Numbered from the stretch's first letter, positions 36,320 through 42,830 are shown. The stretch: DNA of 42,830 nucleotides from an uncultured Lachnospiraceae bacterium (GCA_944383605.1 CALWQE010000117.1:1-42830), one strand, 5' to 3'. Notes: generated by a model from the sequence alone, not told the origin. Program-made: numbers and translations.

Positions 36320-37789
36320 ATGAAGAAACACAAAGGATTAATCGCCGGAGCGGCGGCTGTGCTGCTGCTGTCCCAGGTGCTGCTGGGCGTGTTTGCGTCC
36401 AGAACCCCATCTGAGGTGTCCGTGAAGGAGCCGGACGGGAAAAAGGAACAGGAAGGGGCCGGGGAACTGACAGATACCGCAGGCAGCATACTGGCGGGCA
36501 GGGAGTTTGACCAGCTGGCTGAGGAATATCCGCCCAGCGGCCTGGCAGGGATCTTTCCGGGAGAGGGAAACGGGCTGATTTTTGAGGAAATGGACGCGCA
36601 GACGGCGGAACGGATCGTGGAATCTGTGTTCGCGCCGGCCCGGGAAGAGCCGGAGACGGAAGCGCAGACGGAGCCGGAGACATCGGCCTATGAAAACCGC
36701 GTTGTGATTACAGCCGGGGAATATCTGAATATCCGGGAGGAAAATGATCCGGAATCCAGAGTGATCGGGAAGATTTATCACGGCACATCGGCGGATCTGC
36801 TGGAGCGGGGAGAGGCCTTCAGCAAGATTGTGTCCGGTTCTGTCACCGGCTGGGTATCCAACGATTATATTCTGACCGGAGAAGAGGCGGAAGCCTATGC
36901 CCGGGAGCAGGGTTCCGTAACGATCGCTACGGTGACGGCCACATGGCTGAATGTGCGGGAAAGCCCCAGTACAGAGGCGGATGTGATCGCCACGGTGGAA
37001 GAGGGGCAGTGGTTTATCGTCACGGATCAGGGCGGCGGCTGGGTCAGAATCGACTATACCTCTGGGATCGAGGGTTTCCTGAACGCTGAGTTTGTAACGG
37101 TTAGCCAAAATTACGGACAGGCTGTGTCTATGGATGCAGAGCGGGAACTGATCCAGCTGGCTGAGAGCAGGGCGGCTCTTCAGGAGAGCCGGGAGGAAGA
37201 GGATGAGACGGCGGCTCAGACAGAAACCGCCCGAACCACTGAGGCGGAAACGGAAACAGTACGGACAACAGCTGCTCAGACAGAAGCAGCGAAAACCACT
37301 GAGGCTGAGACAGAAGCAGCGCCGCCTTCTTCGTCCGCGGCTCCTCAGACAACGGCTGCCGCAGAAACGCCGGCAGCCACTGCAGAGCCGGAGCCTGCAG
37401 AAGAGGACGGAGTGGACACATCTGTTTATGACGATCTGAACCTGCTGGCCGCGATGGCGCAGCTGGAGGCGGGCTATCATTATGATTCCTGTCTGGCGGT
37501 GTGCAATGTGATACTGAACCGTACCCGCAGCAGCGGTTATCCCAGTTCCGTCCATGATGTGATCCATCAGTCGGGCCAGTTTGCCGGAACAGGCCCTGGC
37601 GGGACGCTGGAAAAAATTTTGCTGGCCGGGCCCGGGTCTACACCGATGCAGGCGGCGGCAGACGCGCTGGCCGGAGTCAACAATGTAGGGGATTATCTGA
37701 ATTTCTGTTCGGATTCCTATGCGTCTTCTGTGGGGTATCCTTACTCGGAATATGTCGTGATCGGCGGAAACTGCTTTTACAAAAGGTAA
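36320..37789 (+). CDS. Secreted SH3-domain cell-wall hydrolase (SleB/CwlJ Hydrolase_2 C-terminal domain)
   Basis: Signal/TM segment MKKHKGLIAGAAAVLLLSQVLLGVFA; two SH3b-like segments (YLNIREENDPESRVIGKIYHG...; WLNVRESPSTEADVIATV...); a T/E/A-rich linker; a C-terminal hydrolase motif (CNVILNRTRSSGYPSSVHDVIHQSGQF). Confidence 0.8.
   Translation: MKKHKGLIAGAAAVLLLSQVLLGVFASRTPSEVSVKEPDGKKEQEGAGELTDTAGSILAGREFDQLAEEYPPSGLAGIFPGEGNGLIFEEMDAQTAERIVESVFAPAREEPETEAQTEPETSAYENRVVITAGEYLNIREENDPESRVIGKIYHGTSADLLERGEAFSKIVSGSVTGWVSNDYILTGEEAEAYAREQGSVTIATVTATWLNVRESPSTEADVIATVEEGQWFIVTDQGGGWVRIDYTSGIEGFLNAEFVTVSQNYGQAVSMDAERELIQLAESRAALQESREEEDETAAQTETARTTEAETETVRTTAAQTEAAKTTEAETEAAPPSSSAAPQTTAAAETPAATAEPEPAEEDGVDTSVYDDLNLLAAMAQLEAGYHYDSCLAVCNVILNRTRSSGYPSSVHDVIHQSGQFAGTGPGGTLEKILLAGPGSTPMQAAADALAGVNNVGDYLNFCSDSYASSVGYPYSEYVVIGGNCFYKR
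37211..37330 (+). repeat. In-frame 60-nt tandem duplication in the linker of the cell-wall hydrolase
   Basis: AAQTETARTTEAETETVRTT / AAQTEAAKTTEAETEAAPPS. GCTCAGACAGAA recurs at 37214 and 37274. Confidence 0.7.
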
Positions 37790-37852
37790 AACCATGGAGG
37801 TTTTGTACGAATATCAGGCGGCTATTTCAGATTTTTTAGTACTCTCCTGCTG

Positions 37853-37881
37853 TAGATTCATACATCAGATTCTGTTACAAT
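37853..37881 (+). promoter_or_regulatory. Putative promoter P1 of URO-D paralogue 1
   Basis: TAGATT-17 nt-TACAAT, preceded by GTACT-N9. Same architecture as P2. Confidence 0.45.
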
Positions 37882-37932
37882 AAATTTACAGAAAAATAAT
37901 GAGATGTATGAATGCTGGAAGGGAGGGATTTT

Positions 37933-39168
37933 ATGCCAGATTATGAAAAGCTGTATGAGGAACGGAAAAACCGGGTAGAGACGGCTGTGGCCAACCAGGA
38001 GCCGGATCGGGTGCCGAATGTATTGCGGGTGGGAACCTATCCGATTCATAAGGCGGGGATTACTGCGGCGGAAAGCATGGTGGATCATGAGCGGGCCTGC
38101 CAGGCGATGCTGGATTTTTATATCCAGTATACCTGTACAGATACTGCCAGCGTTACCAATTTTACGCCGGCGGCCAAGGTACTGGAGGCACTGGACGTGA
38201 AAACCGCCAGATGGCCGGGAGACCCGAAAGGGCTGGACGTGAACAATACCTATCAGTTTGTGGAGTTTCCCACGCTGCTGGATGATGAATACGAAGAATT
38301 TTTTGCCAGCCCGGCAGGCTTTTGGCTGACCAAGCATCTGCCCAGAACCATCGGCTTGCTGGAAGGGGCGGCGGACTTGGATTATGTAGGGCTGATCTGC
38401 GGCGGCGCGCAGCGGCTGCTGGCTTCCCCGGCTTATATTCCGATTTACCGGAAGCTGCTGGAGGCGGCGGAGGAAAACCAGAGGATGTCAGAGATCGGTG
38501 CGAAATATACCCGGAAGGTACGGGAACTGGGCTATTACAGCATTTCCGGCGGCGGGTCGGCGACAGCCTTTGATATGCTGGGCGATACCCTTCGAGGAAC
38601 TTTCGGGATGATGCCGGATCTGATTCTTCAGAGAGAGAATGTAAAGCGGGCTCTGGATATGTTTGTAAAAGTACATATCCGCCAGACTCTGGACGCCTGC
38701 AAGGCTGCCGGGTTAAAATATGGCTGGGTAATGCTCCATAAGGGATTTGACAATTTCATCAGCGACCAGGATTACCGCGAGCTGTATTGGCCGTATCTGC
38801 GCCAGTGGATCGAGGCGCTGGTGGACAATGATATTACGCCTGTGGTATATACGGAGGGAGCTTATAACACCAGGCTTCCTTATCTGAAGGAAGTGCCGAA
38901 AAACAAAGTCATCTATCATTTCGAGGATGTGGATCTGCGGCTGGCGAAAAAAGAGCTGGGAGACGTAGCCTGCCTGATGGGTGGCTTCCCGGTGTATACG
39001 GTAACGTATGGGACGCCGGAGCAGATCGACCAGAAGGTGAAGGAGACCCTGGATATCGTGGCGCCGGGAGGCGGCTATCTGTTTTCTACAGGATATTCCA
39101 TGGGAGACTGCCCGAAAGAAAATATGGAGGCGCTGCTGGAGGCAGTGGAGAAGTACGGCAAATATTAA
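37933..39168 (+). CDS. URO-D (uroporphyrinogen decarboxylase/MtaA-like) family protein, paralogue 1
   Basis: N-terminal NQEPDRVPNV and C-terminal APGGGYLFSTGYS...PKENMEALLEAVEKYG, both typical of URO-D-family proteins. The ATG at 37933 follows GGGAGGG. LHKG occupies the place of the MtaA HxCG motif. Confidence 0.75.
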   Translation: MPDYEKLYEERKNRVETAVANQEPDRVPNVLRVGTYPIHKAGITAAESMVDHERACQAMLDFYIQYTCTDTASVTNFTPAAKVLEALDVKTARWPGDPKGLDVNNTYQFVEFPTLLDDEYEEFFASPAGFWLTKHLPRTIGLLEGAADLDYVGLICGGAQRLLASPAYIPIYRKLLEAAEENQRMSEIGAKYTRKVRELGYYSISGGGSATAFDMLGDTLRGTFGMMPDLILQRENVKRALDMFVKVHIRQTLDACKAAGLKYGWVMLHKGFDNFISDQDYRELYWPYLRQWIEALVDNDITPVVYTEGAYNTRLPYLKEVPKNKVIYHFEDVDLRLAKKELGDVACLMGGFPVYTVTYGTPEQIDQKVKETLDIVAPGGGYLFSTGYSMGDCPKENMEALLEAVEKYGKY

Positions 39169-39250
39169 CGAAATCAAGGAGGTTCCGCGTTTTCTGCTGC
39201 CCAGGACGGGCAGCAGAGGCCGGAACCTGCTGCCTGCGGGCAGAGGAGAA

Positions 39251-39284
39251 AAGGAGAAGAACCGGGGAGGGCTTCTCCTTTTTT
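39251..39284 (+). terminator. Intrinsic terminator after URO-D paralogue 1
   Basis: AAGGAGAAG-N12-CTTCTCCTT running into TTTTTT. Preceded by a nested GC hairpin at 39181-39227. Confidence 0.75.
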
Positions 39285-39296
39285 AACCGAATCAGA

Positions 39297-39336
39297 GAAG
39301 TCTGCCGCCGGACAGGCGGCATTCATTCAGGGATGC
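39297..39336 (-). repeat. Partial (about 40 nt) inverted copy of the 108-nt repeat (hairpin-2 half)
   Basis: GAAGTCTGCCGCCGGACAGGCGGCATTCATTCAGGGATGC is the reverse complement of the GCATCCCTGAATGAA-GCCGCCTGTCCGGCGGCAGAC part of the unit. The loop orientation (GGACA versus TGTCC) and the flanking CAGGGATGC show that it is inverted. Confidence 0.75.
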
Positions 39337-39486
39337 GGGTTTGCCTGGAAAGCGCAATCAGCAGAAGCAGGGACTTGCGCTCTTTCGGCTGAAAAAATCT
39401 GAAAGCTTGGCCGCCGGAACGGGGTTCTGTCCCGTATGCACAGGAGGAACTGGTATTTTATCTGAAATCTTTGTACTGTAATTCTA

Positions 39487-39515
39487 TAGATTCACGCATT
39501 TTGCTTTGATATAAT
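39487..39515 (+). promoter_or_regulatory. Putative promoter P2 (extended -10) upstream of repeat unit B and URO-D paralogues 2-3
   Basis: TAGATT-17 nt-TATAAT with TGa directly upstream (TGATATAAT), preceded by GTACT-N9. Confidence 0.5.
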
Positions 39516-39531
39516 ATATTTGCAGAGCAAA

Positions 39532-39634
39532 CCTGCATGCGCCTGGCAGCCAACGCATCACCAAAGCTGAAAATCTGGCGGGCGCATGGGGCGTTGAACG
39601 CTGCCTATCCGGCGGCAGACTTTCAAAATGAAAC
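39532..39634 (+). repeat. 108-nt-family repeat, unit B (single, most diverged)
   Basis: Same architecture as A1/A2. Begins about 17 nt after the TATAAT at 39510-39515 and ends 60 nt before the paralogue-2 ATG. Confidence 0.85.
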
Positions 39635-39694
39635 GCGCGGAAAAGGGAGATGAGGGCCCGGCTCCGCGTTCATGTGAAAAGGAGGGGGTTAACG

Positions 39695-40951
39695 ATGACC
39701 AATCAGGAAAAGTATCAGGAACGGTTAAAACGGATTAACGACGCCATAGCGCTGAAGGAACCGGATTCGATCCCGTTCATTCCGATCGTGCAGTGCTATC
39801 CTTTTTTGCAGGCGGGATATACCATGGCGGATATTCTGTATGATCGGGATCTGAGTAAAACAAGGAAGAGCCTGTTCCAGTATCTGGATACCTATCAGCC
39901 TGACGCCATGTTCGGCCACGGGTATGTATATGCGGGCCAGGGCCCGATCCTGGAAAAGGGAATGCCGAAAACGATGCGGTGGGCCGGTCAGCCGGGAGCG
40001 GCGATTGATAAAAATTCCATCCATCAGTTTATCGAGTTCCCGGTACTGGAAGACGATGAATTTGAACAGTTTTTCACAGACCGGAGCGGCTGGGTCATGA
40101 ATGTGGGCATGCCCAGGACAAACGGCCTGCTGGAGCCGCTGGCAGGGCTGAAGGTGCGGGATATGGGGGTTTACAACAGCTATTCTCCTGTGGCTGCGGC
40201 TGTCAGCACGCCGGAATTTAAGAAAATGATGGAAACCCTGTGGGAAATTAATGAGATGAACGAGGCGCTGACGCCCCTGCTGAGGCAGCTGGATGCGGAT
40301 ATTGAGGCTTATGGCTATCCGGTGCTGGCTACCGGCGGCGCAGGCGTTCCCTATGATGGCTACAGCGATTTTCTGAGGGGCACGCTGGATGGGCTGGCGG
40401 ATCTTTATGAGAGGCCGGATGAGGTGATGGCATATTGTAAGGAGCAGCTGGAGGGCGTCCTGGAGATGATCCGGATGCAGGGAAAGATCATGCCCGGCAA
40501 GCATGTATTTATGGCCCTTCATAAGGGCATGGACGGCTTCATGAGCGATGAGCATTACCGCACCTTCTACTGGAACCACCTTCAGAGGATTATCAACGAG
40601 ATTATTGACAATGGCATGGTGCCTTATATTTACACAGAGGGCCGGTATGACAGCCGTCTGGAATGCCTGAAGGAAGTTCCCGCCGGCAAGGTGGTATACC
40701 ACTTTGAAGAGGTGGATATGGCGCAGGCAAAGAAGATACTGGGCGACGTGGCCTGCATCTCCGGCGGATTTCCGGTATATCTGCTGGATTATGGCACGAA
40801 AGAGCAGGTGGTGGATGAGGCGAAGCGCCTGATTGATATCTGCGGCGCGGGAGGCGGCTTCATTTTTGAGACGTCCTGCGGCATGGATCTGGCAAAGCCG
40901 GAAAATGTAGAGGCGCTGATGGATACGGTGCGTACTTACGGGAAGAAATAA
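39695..40951 (+). CDS. URO-D family protein, paralogue 2 (divergent)
   Basis: Same architecture as paralogues 1 and 3 (KEPDSIPFIP ... ALHKGMDGF ... GAGGGFIFETSCGM...PENVEALMDTVRTYG). The ATG at 39695 follows AAGGAGGGGG. The ORF-track start at 39650 is rejected. Confidence 0.75.
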   Translation: MTNQEKYQERLKRINDAIALKEPDSIPFIPIVQCYPFLQAGYTMADILYDRDLSKTRKSLFQYLDTYQPDAMFGHGYVYAGQGPILEKGMPKTMRWAGQPGAAIDKNSIHQFIEFPVLEDDEFEQFFTDRSGWVMNVGMPRTNGLLEPLAGLKVRDMGVYNSYSPVAAAVSTPEFKKMMETLWEINEMNEALTPLLRQLDADIEAYGYPVLATGGAGVPYDGYSDFLRGTLDGLADLYERPDEVMAYCKEQLEGVLEMIRMQGKIMPGKHVFMALHKGMDGFMSDEHYRTFYWNHLQRIINEIIDNGMVPYIYTEGRYDSRLECLKEVPAGKVVYHFEEVDMAQAKKILGDVACISGGFPVYLLDYGTKEQVVDEAKRLIDICGAGGGFIFETSCGMDLAKPENVEALMDTVRTYGKK

Positions 40952-41039
40952 AGCGGCCTGAAAAAATGCCGGCAGCAGGCGGAAGGACGGAACGCAGAAA
41001 CACAGGGAGAAACGGGGAAAACCAGAACGAGGGAGGGAT

Positions 41040-42278
41040 ATGATGATTGATTATGGGAAAAGATATGAGGAACGGAAAAAACGGGTAGAAACAGCGGCGG
41101 CGAACCAGCAGCCGGACCGGGTGCCCAATGTGCTGATGGTAGGAACCTATCCGATTCATAAGGCTGGCATCACCGCGGCGGAAAGTATGATCGACCATGA
41201 GCGGGCATGCCAGGCGATGCTGGATTTTTATACCCAGTATTCTTACACGGATACTGCCAATATCAGTAGCTTTATTCCGCCGGCAAAGGTGCTGGAGGCG
41301 CTGGATGTGAAGACCGCCAGATGGCCGGGAGATCCGAAGGGGCTGGATGTGAACAATACCTATCAGTTTGTGGAATTTCCCACGCTGCTGGATGATGAGT
41401 ATGAGGAATTTTTCCAGAATCCGGCAGGCTTCTGGCTGACCAAGCATCTGCCCAGAACCATCGGTCTGCTGGAAGGCGCTGCAGATCTGGATTATGTGGC
41501 GCTGATATGCGGCGGCGCCCAGCAGCTGCTGTCGTCTCCCGCGAATATTCCGATCTATCGGAAGCTGCTGGAGGCTGCGGAGGAAAACCAGCGGATGATG
41601 GATATTATAGGAGAGTACAGCCAGAAGCTGAACGCCCTGGGATATTACAGCATTTCCGGCGGCGGCTCTGCCACAGCCTTCGATATGCTGGGAGATACGC
41701 TGCGGGGTACCTTCGGCATGATGCCGGATCTGGTGCTGGAGCGGGATAATGTAAAGCGGGCTCTGGATATGTTCGTGAAGATCCATATTCGCCAGACTCT
41801 GGATTTCTGCCAGTCTACCGGGTCGAAATACGGATGGGTAATGCTGCATAAAGGGTTTGACAATTTTATCAGCGACAAAGATTATGCGGAGCTGTACTGG
41901 CCGTATCTGCGCCAGTGGATCGAGGCGCTGATCGATCATAATATTACGCCGGTGGTTTATACCGAAGGTTCTTATAATACCCGTCTGCCTTACCTGAAGG
42001 AAGTACCGAAGAATAAGGTGATTTACCACTTCGAGGAAGTGGATCTCCAGCTGGCGAAGAAGGAGCTGGGGGATGTGGCCTGCCTGATGGGCGGCTTCCC
42101 GGCTTATACAGTCACCTATGGCACGCCGGAGCAGATCGATGAAAAGGTGAAGGAGACGCTGGATATTATGGCGCCGGGCGGCGGCTATCTGTTTACGACA
42201 GGATATTCTCTGGAGGACTGCCCGAAGGAAAATATGGAAGCGCTGCTGGAGGCAGTGGAGAAATACGGAAAATATTAA
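41040..42278 (+). CDS. URO-D family protein, paralogue 3 (near-duplicate of paralogue 1)
   Basis: Collinear with the 37933-39168 product, with most residues identical by eye. RBS GAGGGAGGG. No promoter is visible in the 88-nt gap after paralogue 2, so probably co-transcribed with it. Confidence 0.75.
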   Translation: MMIDYGKRYEERKKRVETAAANQQPDRVPNVLMVGTYPIHKAGITAAESMIDHERACQAMLDFYTQYSYTDTANISSFIPPAKVLEALDVKTARWPGDPKGLDVNNTYQFVEFPTLLDDEYEEFFQNPAGFWLTKHLPRTIGLLEGAADLDYVALICGGAQQLLSSPANIPIYRKLLEAAEENQRMMDIIGEYSQKLNALGYYSISGGGSATAFDMLGDTLRGTFGMMPDLVLERDNVKRALDMFVKIHIRQTLDFCQSTGSKYGWVMLHKGFDNFISDKDYAELYWPYLRQWIEALIDHNITPVVYTEGSYNTRLPYLKEVPKNKVIYHFEEVDLQLAKKELGDVACLMGGFPAYTVTYGTPEQIDEKVKETLDIMAPGGGYLFTTGYSLEDCPKENMEALLEAVEKYGKY

Positions 42279-42357
42279 CAGGCGTTTGGCCGGGGAGTGG
42301 ATTGGAAAATCTGCCAGACCTTTATAGTTCATAAGACGGGCAAAAACCGCTGAAAAC

Positions 42358-42401
42358 ATATCCCGCGGAAATCAGAGATTCTTCTGATTTCCGCGGGATA
42401 T
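42358..42401 (+). other. Perfect 18-bp hairpin downstream of URO-D paralogue 3, no U-tract
   Basis: ATATCCCGCGGAAATCAG-agattctt-CTGATTTCCGCGGGATAT, followed by ATTATG. Confidence 0.55.
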
Positions 42402-42438
42402 ATTATGTGGAAAAATGATCGGCTGTCCTTCTGCGGTG

Positions 42439-42467
42439 TAGGATGTGCAGACAGGTTTTGATATAAG
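42439..42467 (+). promoter_or_regulatory. Putative promoter P3 abutting repeat unit C1
   Basis: TAGGAT-17 nt-TATAAG with a TTTTGATATAA context shared with P2. Confidence 0.35.
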
Positions 42468-42575
42468 CCTGCATGCGCCCGGCAGCCAACGCATTACCAG
42501 AGATGAAAAACTGGCGGGCGCATTTGGCGTCCCTGAATAAATGCCGCCTGTCCGGCGGCGGAATTTCAGAGTAAG
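42468..42575 (+). repeat. 108-nt two-hairpin repeat, unit C1
   Basis: Starts immediately after the TATAAG at 42462-42467. Abuts C2 head-to-tail. Confidence 0.9.
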
Positions 42576-42683
42576 CCTGCATGCGCCCGGCAGCCAGCGC
42601 ATTGCTAGAGGTGAAAAACTGGCGGGCGCATTTGGCATCCCTGAATGAAAGCCGCCTGTCCGGCGGCAGATGTTCAGAGTAAA
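42576..42683 (+). repeat. 108-nt two-hairpin repeat, unit C2
   Basis: Second tandem unit, exactly 108 nt after C1. Confidence 0.9.
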
Positions 42684-42775
42684 TTGATTTTAGATAAATC
42701 CAAACACTATTTGATAATATTCAACAATAAAAACAGACAATTATTCAACAATAGTGCAAAAATAATATGAAAAGA

Positions 42776-42804
42776 TTGACATTTATCCTGAGATTTCATA
42801 CAAT
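42776..42804 (+). promoter_or_regulatory. Near-consensus sigma-A promoter at the window end
   Basis: TTGACA-17 nt-TACAAT in an AT-rich tract, with the direct repeat ATTCAACAATA (two copies) upstream. Confidence 0.6.
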
Positions 42805-42830
42805 GATTTCATCTGACTGAAAGTAAGCCT

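Noticed and set aside
39532-42683. The 108-nt units as integron attC sites or MITEs flanking the URO-D genes.
   Set aside because: - There is no integrase or attI.
- Two genes, not single cassettes, lie between units.
- The units lack the R''/L''-L'/R' organisation and the GTTRRRY core of attC sites.
- I saw no terminal inverted repeats or target-site duplications.
24400-42830. The accessory block as a mobile island, prophage or defence locus.
   Set aside because: I saw no integrase, transposase, tRNA/attachment site, phage structural gene, restriction-modification, toxin-antitoxin or nuclease/helicase-type defence gene. Gene content is metabolic and transport-related, and codon and GC character look continuous with the housekeeping block by eye.

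Overview
This 42.8-kb chromosomal segment looks like a Clostridia (Lachnospiraceae-like) genome. It is moderately GC-rich by eye, has GGAGG-type ribosome-binding sites, and nearly all genes are on the + strand.

nt 1-24400 is a housekeeping block: a zinc-ribbon/TPM protein pair, a cyclophilin, a polytopic membrane protein, an Rrf2 - nfnA - nfnB - CsoR-like unit, ftsH, uvrC, hprK-murB-whiA-crh-like, dnaE, pfkA, relA/spoT, an MBL hydrolase and hemZ.

nt 24400-42830 is an accessory metabolic block:
- an Fbp/Pot-type ABC importer
- a GH13 glycosidase translationally coupled to a URO-D-family protein
- a flavodoxin-like protein
- a MATE exporter
- L-serine dehydratase (minus strand)
- a SAM methyltransferase
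- an SH3/SleB-type cell-wall hydrolase
- three more URO-D-family paralogues

I saw no rRNA, tRNA, CRISPR array, transposase, integrase or recognisable defence gene.

The most unusual signals are non-coding:
1. An unclassified ~108-nt two-hairpin repeat has five full copies at three intergenic loci, all in + orientation, tandem or single. One extra partial copy is inverted, and another copy possibly starts at the window end. Most copies lie just downstream of promoter-like sequences, around the URO-D paralogue cluster and the MATE gene.
2. A ~55-nt two-hairpin leader is shared by the ABC binding-protein gene and the GH13 gene.
3. A ~75-bp palindromic terminator-like repeat is present twice.

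All calls come from reading the sequence and the ORF track. No database search, folding or alignment program was run, so family names rest on recognised motifs and all functional interpretations are hypotheses.
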